This document shows, one piece after another, positions 17,174 to 24,693 of a stretch of DNA of 24,693 nt (position 1 is its first letter; each line of letters opens with the position of its first letter). The position numbers and the translations under genes are program-made. Below the pieces are notes generated by a model. That model saw only the letters and a list, made by a program, of their open reading frames with translations. It was not told the DNA's origin and did no database searches. Source of the stretch: a virus (lineage: Duplodnaviria; Caudoviricetes); the IMG/VR virus record IMGVR_UViG_3300005512_000314, positions 1-24,693 of that record; one strand, written 5' to 3'.

Positions 17174-18200
17174 TTCTACTTCCTTCTAAAAGATCAAATA
17201 TACGTTTAAATCTTTTTTGTTGTTCGTAGAAGTATTGAGCACCTTTTTCTCTCATGTCTTTCATGCTTTTTGGATTTGCACCAGCTATGATACCTGCTCC
17301 TAATACTCCATCTGCTCTTGTTACAAACTCTCCGTCTGCTAATTGAGCTAACATTGTATCTTCGTCTTTATCACCGTTGCCTGAGCCATCCTCTACATAA
17401 CCCTGAGCTCTCATATAGTTATTAGAATCGTTCTCATCGTGTGTTACTTTAGATGGTAGATAATTAATTCCACCTTCGTTGAATTTATTTATTTGTGCTA
17501 AACCACCTTCATTGAAAGTAGATTTTTGTAATTCGTATGGACCTAACGTGTATTGAGGTGTTCTACCTGCTTCAGGTATGTATGGTTGATCAAAAGTTTT
17601 TTCATCACCTGTTACTGGATCAATGTACTTAAAACCTCCTCTTTGTCTTTGTAATTCTGCTACAGCTAAATTATATGTAGGTGTATAAATGTCTTGAGGT
17701 TCTTGATCAAAAGCTCCTCCAAAATAACTTAATGCACCGACTCCTAATCCAACTTTTAATGGATCATAAGCCATTTGACCTTTAGCATTTTCAGATTTAA
17801 AAATATCTAGTATGCCACCACCAGGCATGGAAAAAGCTGAGTCTGCTCTTGAACCTGCTGCTGGAATTAATCCTCCTGAAGAAGGAGAAGCCATTTGTGC
17901 AATGGGTCCTCTTGCTGCAGCTGTTCCGCCTGAAAGTCCAAGTGATTTACCTAAAGCACTTCCTGAAAAAGCTGAAACTGGTCCTAAGTTAGAAAATGTT
18001 GGTATGTAATTAGCAGAAGCTATGTTTCCAAATCCTGCAGCACCAACACCTGGAACCATTTTACCACCGTAATAACCTAAAGCCGCACCTGTACCAGCTC
18101 CTAATAGTCTTTGAAGACCTGAACCACCAGCTTCTTTTGATGCTTTATATCCTTTATAGCCACCGTAGGCTGCTAATGCGTAGGGTAAGAATTGTAACAT
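17151..18200 (-). CDS. Gly-rich putative virion structural protein (349 aa)
   Basis: Gly/Ala-rich hydrophobic N-terminus; GSGNGDKDEDTMLAQLADGEFV resembles the GPGTGTSDSIPAxLSxGEFV motif of phage tail proteins. Confidence 0.65.
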   Translation of the reverse strand: MLQFLPYALAAYGGYKGYKASKEAGGSGLQRLLGAGTGAALGYYGGKMVPGVGAAGFGNIASANYIPTFSNLGPVSAFSGSALGKSLGLSGGTAAARGPIAQMASPSSGGLIPAAGSRADSAFSMPGGGILDIFKSENAKGQMAYDPLKVGLGVGALSYFGGAFDQEPQDIYTPTYNLAVAELQRQRGGFKYIDPVTGDEKTFDQPYIPEAGRTPQYTLGPYELQKSTFNEGGLAQINKFNEGGINYLPSKVTHDENDSNNYMRAQGYVEDGSGNGDKDEDTMLAQLADGEFVTRADGVLGAGIIAGANPKSMKDMREKGAQYFYEQQKRFKRIFDLLEGSRNAKAKLN

Positions 18201-18217
18201 ATGTAATATTTCCTAAG

Positions 18218-19177
18218 TTATTTGGTAATATTATCATTATCAGGCGTGTATATCAACTCGTCCTCAAATTTGCCTACATAAGAATGTTCGCCTACGTGCT
18301 GTATTTTTTGATTGATTAACGCATAACATTTGCCACCTATATCCTTCCAAAGCTTACAGAAAGCAAAGTCTTCACCCAAATAAATTTTAGATACAGGATC
18401 GTGTAAAGTATCAAAGAAGTTCCACATTTCTTCTTTATCTTCCATTTTTCCGTTAATGATTGTACCTTGTCTAATAGATTTATCAGGATAAGCTTGTTTC
18501 AATTTATCAAATACACTTCGTTTAATTAACATACATCCTGTTGGAGCATGTGTTACTTCAATAACATTTTTTTGTACTTGTACATTATTATGATCAGGTA
18601 TCTTCATTGGATATTGATTACCAAATCCCATAACTTTTTCTATGTCTACATTAGGATTTTCTTTTATTTTTCTTACAATCTTTTCCCAATTAATATTTTT
18701 TAATGGATAAGGTATAGATATAAGTTCCTTTTCTCTAGCTAACATGTCATAAATAGATGAAGCTTCAAAACCAATATCACTATCTATAAATAATAAATGA
18801 GTAGCATCTTTATTTGTTAAGAATGCTGATACACATAGATTTCTACCTTGTGTGACTAAACTAGATTTCATCATTTGCACAGTTATTCTATCTTTTCTAA
18901 TAAAACATAATTTTTGTAATTCTAATAAACTTTGTGCTGTATGTATGGACATTTCTGAATGCACAGGCATACCAACAAATATGTGATAGTTTGGAGTTAA
19001 CTCAACTCTTTTAGGTTCTTTATCCATCCATATAGGTTTACTTGGATCTTGACTTTGTGCTGTATGTATGGACATTTCTGAATGCACAGGCATACCAACA
19101 AATATGTGATAGTTTGGAGTTAACTCAACTCTTTTAGGTTCTTTATCCATCCATATAGGTTTACTTGGATCTTGCAT
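18218..19177 (-). CDS. Glycosyltransferase, GT-A fold (GT2-like); N-terminal 41 aa duplicated
   Basis: IFVGMP, SLVTQGRN, LLFIDSDIGF (DxD), PTGCMLIKRSVF, GEDFAFC, HVG motifs. Confidence 0.85.
   Translation of the reverse strand: MQDPSKPIWMDKEPKRVELTPNYHIFVGMPVHSEMSIHTAQSQDPSKPIWMDKEPKRVELTPNYHIFVGMPVHSEMSIHTAQSLLELQKLCFIRKDRITVQMMKSSLVTQGRNLCVSAFLTNKDATHLLFIDSDIGFEASSIYDMLAREKELISIPYPLKNINWEKIVRKIKENPNVDIEKVMGFGNQYPMKIPDHNNVQVQKNVIEVTHAPTGCMLIKRSVFDKLKQAYPDKSIRQGTIINGKMEDKEEMWNFFDTLHDPVSKIYLGEDFAFCKLWKDIGGKCYALINQKIQHVGEHSYVGKFEDELIYTPDNDNITK
18929..19174. repeat. Exact tandem duplication, 2 x 123 bp (18929-19051, 19052-19174)
   Basis: Copies are identical base for base and encode QDPSKPIW...IHTAQS twice. 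Confidence 0.97.
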
Positions 19178-20096
19178 TTAATGCTCCTTGTAAAAAGTTA
19201 TTCCAATGAAAGGCTACTCTATCCCAAGCGTAAAAATGATTAAAGTATTTTTGTTGAAACTTAAGATGTATTTTACAGCCATCTTGTTTTAATTGATCAG
19301 GCAAACTATTAATAGCACCTGCTGTTTGTTCAGCTAATCTAACATAATCTTTTTCCATAGGTATGTATGTTGGAAACTCAGCACCTGTTTCATATAAAGC
19401 TCCGTTGTCCGTTAGAACAGTAAACAGACCTACTGCTAAAGATTCTAAGGCAGATATGCAAAATGTTTCTTCCCATATGTTGGGATAAACAAATGCATCA
19501 TACTTGTGTAAGTTTTCTAATATGTATTCATTAGGTTTGTAACCAATGTAATTTACATTAGGTAATTGTCTAGCCTGTTCGTATAATCCCTGCCATTGTG
19601 CATCATTAGCTTTTTTAAAATCGTCTCCATAAACTTGCGTACTAGAGTAAACATCACAAGTAATTAATGGATTAGTTACCTTTTGCATAGCAGCTAACAT
19701 TACATTTAATCCTCTCCAAGGTGTCGGATGAAATATAATTTTAATAGGATCACCTTCTTTATAAAATGTTTCTTTTAATTTTAATTTAGGAATACCATTT
19801 TTAATAACTACACATTTATGTGTGGGTAGGTCATAGAAGAATCTAAATTGTTCATAGTTCCAATGACTGTTGAACACATACCAATCATACTTATTGTGAT
19901 TAACTTTGTTTCTAAACCAATCAACTAAGTTAGCTTGATCATATGAATTTTTTTGCCAAAGAATATTAATTTTACTTGGATCAAATGGTACTTTACCTGG
20001 TACAGATGTACAGATTTGAAACTTATCAAGTAAAGATTTATCTATGTGTTTTTGTAAAAACTCTAATTGTAATTCTGTTCCACCTCTAGGTGTCAT
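19161..20096 (-). CDS. Glycosyltransferase, GT-B fold (GT4/group 1-like)
   Basis: PRGGTE N-terminus, VFNSHW, IKNGI, PWRGL, YPNIWEETFCISALES (E-x7-E motif). Confidence 0.9.
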   Translation of the reverse strand: MTPRGGTELQLEFLQKHIDKSLLDKFQICTSVPGKVPFDPSKINILWQKNSYDQANLVDWFRNKVNHNKYDWYVFNSHWNYEQFRFFYDLPTHKCVVIKNGIPKLKLKETFYKEGDPIKIIFHPTPWRGLNVMLAAMQKVTNPLITCDVYSSTQVYGDDFKKANDAQWQGLYEQARQLPNVNYIGYKPNEYILENLHKYDAFVYPNIWEETFCISALESLAVGLFTVLTDNGALYETGAEFPTYIPMEKDYVRLAEQTAGAINSLPDQLKQDGCKIHLKFQQKYFNHFYAWDRVAFHWNNFLQGALNARSK

Positions 20097-20266
20097 TATT
20101 GAGTTTCTCCAAATAGATCTAGTGTTGGTACTTTAACAGTTAAATCAACAGCTAGGTCTTCTTCGGAATTTTCTTTTAAATAATCTTCTTTGGTTTCGTA
20201 AGTTTTACCTGTTTTGTTATTACGATAAACATTTATCGTTTCACATTTAATAACTTTTTGATTCAT
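20096..20266 (-). CDS. Small hypothetical protein (56 aa), not in ORF track
   Basis: Manual translation MNQKVIKCETINVYRNNKTGKTYETKEDYLKENSEEDLAVDLTVKVPTLDLFGETQ*; TAATG overlaps at both ends. Confidence 0.8.
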   Translation of the reverse strand: MNQKVIKCETINVYRNNKTGKTYETKEDYLKENSEEDLAVDLTVKVPTLDLFGETQ

Positions 20267-20400
20267 TATCTACCCTGACCTCTATATGATTTACGGTTAG
20301 GTACTCTTTTATTATAACTTTTTGAATGACGCAAGGGTCTTTTTTTAGGTGTTTCTTTAAAGAAAGTTATTGTACCTATGCTACCTTTTTTCTTAGCCAT
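20266..20400 (-). CDS. Small highly basic protein ending YRGQGR (44 aa), not in ORF track
   Basis: Manual translation MAKKKGSIGTITFFKETPKKRPLRHSKSYNKRVPNRKSYRGQGR*; overlaps both neighbours. Confidence 0.8.
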   Translation of the reverse strand: MAKKKGSIGTITFFKETPKKRPLRHSKSYNKRVPNRKSYRGQGR

Positions 20401-20731
20401 TCTGATCTTCTCTAGAAATTTCTAAGATGGATATGGTTGCTGTAATAGCATCGGTTGTATTACATGACATTTTAAGTACATCGCTTTCTTCTAATATGAT
20501 TGGGCCTTTAGCAATGTTACAAATAGTAGGCCCTGTAATAGAAGCATAAGCTATAAGTGTAGTAGATGTTGTAGACGAATCAGTAATGCTAGCTTGTAGT
20601 ATTTTAGTACCACCTGAGCTAGTTGCTTGTATGTTTTGTATTATGGCTCTAGCATTAGATGGTGCTGTATACACTGATGTAACAGCAGTAGTAGTCGGAG
20701 CGTAAAACGCATTTTTATAAAAGTTTGCCAT
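20393..20731 (-). CDS. Small Thr/Ser-rich putative tail/virion protein (112 aa)
   Basis: MANFYKNA...VYTAP...ILEESDVLK...SILEI beta-rich pattern of small phage virion proteins; TAATG-coupled. Confidence 0.7.
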   Translation of the reverse strand: MANFYKNAFYAPTTTAVTSVYTAPSNARAIIQNIQATSSGGTKILQASITDSSTTSTTLIAYASITGPTICNIAKGPIILEESDVLKMSCNTTDAITATISILEISREDQNG

Positions 20732-21960
20732 TATGTTAAATCAACCCATTTTAAGTTACCGAGAACATCATCATTTGCAGATGCACCTTTGGCAGCTAGT
20801 GTTAATGTATCAGAAACTCCTGCAATCGTCTGTCCTAATTGATAATCAAAATTAAATCCATCTCCAAACTGAATAGAATTAGATGCTTTACCTGAAAGAT
20901 AAGCTTTACCAATAATAGTCCCTCCAGTAATTGTAGTTGTTCCTGTTAAATCATATTCTACATTATCAGAATATGATGTATATGAAAATGCTACTGATGG
21001 TGTAGCGTTTAAAATTAATTGTACTTCAAAGTCAGAATTAGATACTGCAGATGCATCAAAACCTTGAGATACAACAACTGCATATGGTCTTGATGATTTT
21101 AATCTAATAGTTGCTAAGTTATAAAATGTACCGGCAGTTGTTAAATTAACTCCACCTAAAGAAGCTGTTCCAATCATTTGTTGTATTCCAGATGGAGCAT
21201 AACCTCCTTCAATCATTGTAGTTGAACATACTTGTTGTAATACAGCTGCACCAGATATAGTGCCAGTTGTTTCTATTTCATATCGTATTGGTAAGTTTGC
21301 AGTTTGCATATAAACAGTTGATAAATTATTTGCGTTTAAAAACGTATGTGCAGTTATAAATTTCCCATCGATTACAAAACCAACTCTTACAGCTCCCATA
21401 CCTAACCATTCATAATCAGTAAACATAATTGTAGCTTTAGTTGGATCTAATGTATAACCACTTACACCCGTACCATCTAATTTGTCACCATTCCATGATG
21501 CTTGTGATACATCAGTATCAACAGCAGAACCAGTAACATAAGTACGTCTTACTATCTGATAACCTGTGCCAGTGTCTTCAAAAAAAATTCCATTGTTTGC
21601 ATCAAACATTCCAACACGTTGTTCTAGTCCAGATTCTTGAGCATTCATTACAAAAGTATTTAGATTTAATAATGACTTACCAGGTTGATAAGACATTACT
21701 CTTTTAGATTGTCTAATAACTTTGTCACCACTAGCTGTGGTTACATTTAAATTAACTGTAGATTTATTTGCGGTATAGGTAACTGTTCCTGATCCAGTTA
21801 GATCTTCATCAAATAAATTATTTTTAGATAATACGTTTGTTGAATCAAATATAGTTAAAGGATTAGAAACCCTTAGTCTACCAAATGCATCATAGGCATT
21901 AGAGCCATCTCCACCACCAATAACTGTTGGTTCAACATTAACGTTGTTACAAGAACTCAT
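20731..21960 (-). CDS. Putative virion structural/tail appendage protein (DAFGRLRVS family, about 409 aa)
   Basis: DAFGRLRVSNP, YQPGKS, WNGDKLDGTG, EWLGMG.VR.GF, LPIRYEI motifs; start set to the ATG at 21960 by TAATG overlap. Confidence 0.7.
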   Translation of the reverse strand: MSSCNNVNVEPTVIGGGDGSNAYDAFGRLRVSNPLTIFDSTNVLSKNNLFDEDLTGSGTVTYTANKSTVNLNVTTASGDKVIRQSKRVMSYQPGKSLLNLNTFVMNAQESGLEQRVGMFDANNGIFFEDTGTGYQIVRRTYVTGSAVDTDVSQASWNGDKLDGTGVSGYTLDPTKATIMFTDYEWLGMGAVRVGFVIDGKFITAHTFLNANNLSTVYMQTANLPIRYEIETTGTISGAAVLQQVCSTTMIEGGYAPSGIQQMIGTASLGGVNLTTAGTFYNLATIRLKSSRPYAVVVSQGFDASAVSNSDFEVQLILNATPSVAFSYTSYSDNVEYDLTGTTTITGGTIIGKAYLSGKASNSIQFGDGFNFDYQLGQTIAGVSDTLTLAAKGASANDDVLGNLKWVDLT

Positions 21961-22136
21961 TAGCAACCAAACCTTGAATTAAACCAAGTAAATCTCTCTA
22001 ATTCTTTTCGTAAATCATCTTGATATGAAAAATTTAGTTCAGTTTTAATTGTATCGACTGCACGAAGAATTTGTCTCTGGTTTTCAACATCATATTCTTC
22101 TTTTGGTTCTGGTATGTATGAAGTTATTCTAGCCAT
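21960..22136 (-). CDS. Small conserved protein downstream of tail tubular B (58 aa)
   Basis: MARITSYIPEPKEEYDVENQRQI...; start set to the ATG at 22136 by TAATG overlap. Confidence 0.75.
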   Translation of the reverse strand: MARITSYIPEPKEEYDVENQRQILRAVDTIKTELNFSYQDDLRKELERFTWFNSRFGC

Positions 22137-24693
22137 TATCTTCTTCCATCTGGTTTGATATCTACTCTTAATGTTCCATAACGCCAAGTCTCACCTATAG
22201 CATCATTTTCTATTTTGATTGCAAGTAATCTTCCTCTAGCTCTAGTGTCTACTTTATCAGTGGATGATGTTATTGTAAAGGGTCCAAGAGGTGAACTAGA
22301 TGCGGTGTCACTTGGATAGTTATTTAATAATAGTGTTACTTTTGAATTACCAGTTAATACTTTAAAATCAGGTATAAATCTTTTCATAGACATTATAAAT
22401 TCACCATCACCTCTTAAATCAGCAAGTCCTGTTGTCTGACCCAAAGCACTTTGTCTAGCAGATATATCAAAATCACCTGACTTAATAAATGCATCAATAG
22501 AAGTTGTACCAGATGAATTGATTTGATCAGTTCCGGTTTCATGAGCATAGTAAGTGGATGCTCCAAATAAATTAGTAATACCCTGTATTGAAAAATTAGG
22601 TGTAGCAGTGCTGTCATATTCAGTTGCATAAGGTAAATCAAATACACCTGCATCAACATAAGATGTTCTAGTTAATGATGATGTTGTCCAACAGTTTTCT
22701 CCATAGTTATAAGTAACACATCTATCAATTTGATCTGATCCTGATTTTGCATAAAACCAATTTACTTCATTATATAAAGTATTATGTTCGGCATATATAA
22801 TTTGATTTGCATTAAAGTTTAAACCTAAATTATCTCCTGTAGTTGTAAACACAAAGTCTTCAACTAAACATGGTATTGCTTTAACGGTACCATCATACAT
22901 AAAAAATCCACCTTCACCTGACATCCAAAAGACAACACCATTAGAATAAGTCAATGCATGCTGACCAATCAATCCACAGTTAGTACCAACTTGTTTAACT
23001 GATGGTATAAATCTACTCATAGACATAATAAACTCACCATCTCCTCTAAGATCAGCAAGACCGGTTGTACCTCCTAAAGCACTACGACTAGCAGATATAT
23101 CAAAGTCTCCTGATTGTATAAATGCATCAATAGAAGTTGTACCTGATGAATTGATTTGATCGGTTCCGGTTTCATGAGCATAATAAGTTGATGCTCCATA
23201 CTTTGCAGTAATTCCTTGTATTGGAAAATTAGGTACAGCTGTTGTATTGTACTCCGTTGCATATGGTAAATCAAATACACCTGTATCTACATAACTAGTT
23301 CTAGCAAGTGAAGAAGTTGTCCAACAGTTTTCTCCGTAGTTATAAGTTACACATCTATCAATTTGATCAGAACCATTTTTTGCATAAAACCAATTTACTT
23401 CATTATATAAAGTATTATGTTCTGCATAAACAATCTGACCTGCATCATAATTAATTCCTAAATTGTCTCCTGTAGTTGTAAACACAAAGTCTTCAACTAA
23501 ACAAGGAATCATTTTAACGGTACCATCATACATAAAAAATCCACCTTCACCTGACATCCAAAAGACAACACCATTAGAATAAGTCAATGCATGCTGACCA
23601 ATCAATCCACAGTTAGTACCAACTTGTTTAACTGAAAATGTAAATGGTGGACCAACAAATTGAATAACATATGCAGAACTATCTGTTAATACCAAAGTAT
23701 AATCTTTACCAGATACTGCTCCTACAATTTCATTTCCTTTATCCACTCTAAATGTTCCAGCGGTATTGGTTGCAGTTGGAGAATAAGTATTAAAATCTTC
23801 TTGATTTGAAAATCTTATAAACATTGGATCTTGTGTTGATGGATCACCAATTGTGGTTTCTGTTCCAAAATGAAATACGTGTCTATCTCTATCGGATACT
23901 TGTGTAAGTCTAGATGCTGTAGGTGCACCAGTCATAACCGTTGCTCTAATTGCTCTTGGCGTTGCTGCTCCTGCATCCCAAGTAAATGTTTTACCATTGT
24001 GAATAGTTGCAACTAATATTTGACCAAAGTTATCTAGACTCCAGAAGCCTGGATCCAGAACCACGTTACTTGTTGAACGTTCCGTGCCCCATGCTTCTTC
24101 ACCAAATAAATATGTTCCCCAACCATAACCTGCAGATTGAAAAGTTGGACCAACAACTACATAAGGATCTATTTGTGCAGAACCTGTTCCAGAAGTTGTA
24201 CCTGCTGAATTAGATGGCATAGTAATTTCAAAAGTATTCGTTGTTGAATTTAATACTTCAAATGTATTATCTGTAAAATCTGTTGTTGCGTATCCTGATC
24301 CAGTTGGAACAGTAACACTAGAAAAGGTTACATATCTTCCGTCAGATAAACCATGAGCAGTTTTGTTTACAGTAACAGTTGGTGAACCGGTTGTTGCATC
24401 AAAATCAGCTCCAGTAATTGCTGTATCTAAAGGAGTTATGTCATAAAAATTTTCACCATAATATAGAAACAAACCTTGCGATGTGCCGATTGCGGTATAT
24501 TTTTCACCTGCTAAAGATGTCCACGCATGCTGAGCACGTGCAACTCCTGGTAAAGTTTTATTTTGAATTGTAAGTTGATTCCAGCCACCTATTTTTTCAG
24601 GTAGTCCATATCGAAATCGAACAAAATCACCATCGACCCATTGAGACTCGGCTCCGGAATCCGTGACCATCTTGTTAAAACCGGGCTTGAAAT
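22136..24693 (-). CDS. Tail tubular protein B / nozzle (P22 gp10, T7 gp12-like beta-propeller); 5' end beyond the window; contains a 211-aa internal duplication
   Basis: WVDGDFVRFRYGLPEKIGGW, YDITP, WSLDNFG, IRFSNQED, GTNCGLI, EVNWFY, DTRARGR, WRYG, KPDGRR motifs. The frame stays open upstream of 24670 (FKPGFNK) to the window edge. Confidence 0.8.
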   Translation of the reverse strand, partial: FKPGFNKMVTDSGAESQWVDGDFVRFRYGLPEKIGGWNQLTIQNKTLPGVARAQHAWTSLAGEKYTAIGTSQGLFLYYGENFYDITPLDTAITGADFDATTGSPTVTVNKTAHGLSDGRYVTFSSVTVPTGSGYATTDFTDNTFEVLNSTTNTFEITMPSNSAGTTSGTGSAQIDPYVVVGPTFQSAGYGWGTYLFGEEAWGTERSTSNVVLDPGFWSLDNFGQILVATIHNGKTFTWDAGAATPRAIRATVMTGAPTASRLTQVSDRDRHVFHFGTETTIGDPSTQDPMFIRFSNQEDFNTYSPTATNTAGTFRVDKGNEIVGAVSGKDYTLVLTDSSAYVIQFVGPPFTFSVKQVGTNCGLIGQHALTYSNGVVFWMSGEGGFFMYDGTVKMIPCLVEDFVFTTTGDNLGINYDAGQIVYAEHNTLYNEVNWFYAKNGSDQIDRCVTYNYGENCWTTSSLARTSYVDTGVFDLPYATEYNTTAVPNFPIQGITAKYGASTYYAHETGTDQINSSGTTSIDAFIQSGDFDISASRSALGGTTGLADLRGDGEFIMSMSRFIPSVKQVGTNCGLIGQHALTYSNGVVFWMSGEGGFFMYDGTVKAIPCLVEDFVFTTTGDNLGLNFNANQIIYAEHNTLYNEVNWFYAKSGSDQIDRCVTYNYGENCWTTSSLTRTSYVDAGVFDLPYATEYDSTATPNFSIQGITNLFGASTYYAHETGTDQINSSGTTSIDAFIKSGDFDISARQSALGQTTGLADLRGDGEFIMSMKRFIPDFKVLTGNSKVTLLLNNYPSDTASSSPLGPFTITSSTDKVDTRARGRLLAIKIENDAIGETWRYGTLRVDIKPDGRR
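22370..23635. repeat. Diverged tandem duplication, 2 x 633 bp (22370-23002, 23003-23635)
   Basis: Ungapped alignment: 123 bp identical (22880-23002 vs 23513-23635), and the remaining 510 bp differ at about 80 positions by manual count. Confidence 0.97.

Larger units (their letters stand above)
1..24693. mobile_element. Fragment of a podovirus-like dsDNA phage genome (replication and tail/ejection modules), probably marine pelagiphage-like
   Basis: Phage-type PolA without a 5'-3' exonuclease domain, AEP primase, DUF3310, tail tubular and ejection-type proteins, TAATG-coupled operons, no bacterial housekeeping genes, low GC. Confidence 0.93.

Noticed and set aside
18929-19174. CRISPR array, att site or terminal repeat
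   Set aside because: Only two abutting copies with no spacer, inside a CDS, and no integrase or cas genes.
1853-23280. Alternative-frame minus-strand ORFs 1853..2158, 22414..22659 and 23074..23280
   Set aside because: Fully nested in polA or the tail gene with Leu/Ile-rich off-frame composition; the last two resemble each other only because of the duplication.
22370-23635. Diversity-generating retroelement TR/VR pair
   Set aside because: Differences are not confined to adenines (e.g. GAC/GAT), are largely at third codon positions, both copies are in one reading frame, and no reverse transcriptase is present.
1206-24213. Short plus-strand ORFs in the track (1206..1394, 1303..1545, 2905..3168, 6624..6812, 8011..8196, 8120..8332, 11010..11285, 11622..11813, 12084..12341, 14794..15054, 16411..16749, 16767..16961, 17812..18009, 18137..18319, 24007..24213)
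   Set aside because: Antisense or out-of-frame shadows of well-supported genes, with no motifs or expression signals.
1-24693. Alternative genetic code, introns or inteins
   Set aside because: Genes tile the window under the standard code, and PolA, helicases and primase have normal lengths with uninterrupted motifs.

Overview
AT-rich, gene-dense fragment of a tailed dsDNA bacteriophage genome with podovirus-type architecture. Gene content and small conserved ORFs resemble marine pelagiphage-like viruses; the host assignment is inference only. Nearly all genes are on the minus strand. Right part (about 10.3-24.7 kb): a translationally coupled virion operon with a tail tubular/nozzle protein (cut by the window edge), small tail proteins, two glycosyltransferases, a GNAT-like protein, large internal/ejection proteins and an XhlA-like membrane peptide. 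Left part: a replication module with a PD-(D/E)xK exonuclease, an oppositely oriented SNF2 helicase, a putative SSB, an AEP primase, a UvrD-like SF1 helicase, a DUF3310 protein, a Leu762-type family A DNA polymerase and several Cys-rich microproteins. Two in-frame tandem duplications (123 bp exact; 633 bp diverged) each contain an exactly 123-bp identical block, which points to k-mer assembly/scaffolding artefacts rather than biology. The best candidates for undescribed biology are a virion-modification cassette (GT-B + GT-A + GNAT inside the structural operon) and a replisome built from an AEP primase with a possible PriL-like 4-Cys domain plus an SF1 helicase. I saw no tRNA, rRNA, CRISPR array, integrase or reverse transcriptase. 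All family assignments come from motif recognition by eye; no searches were run.
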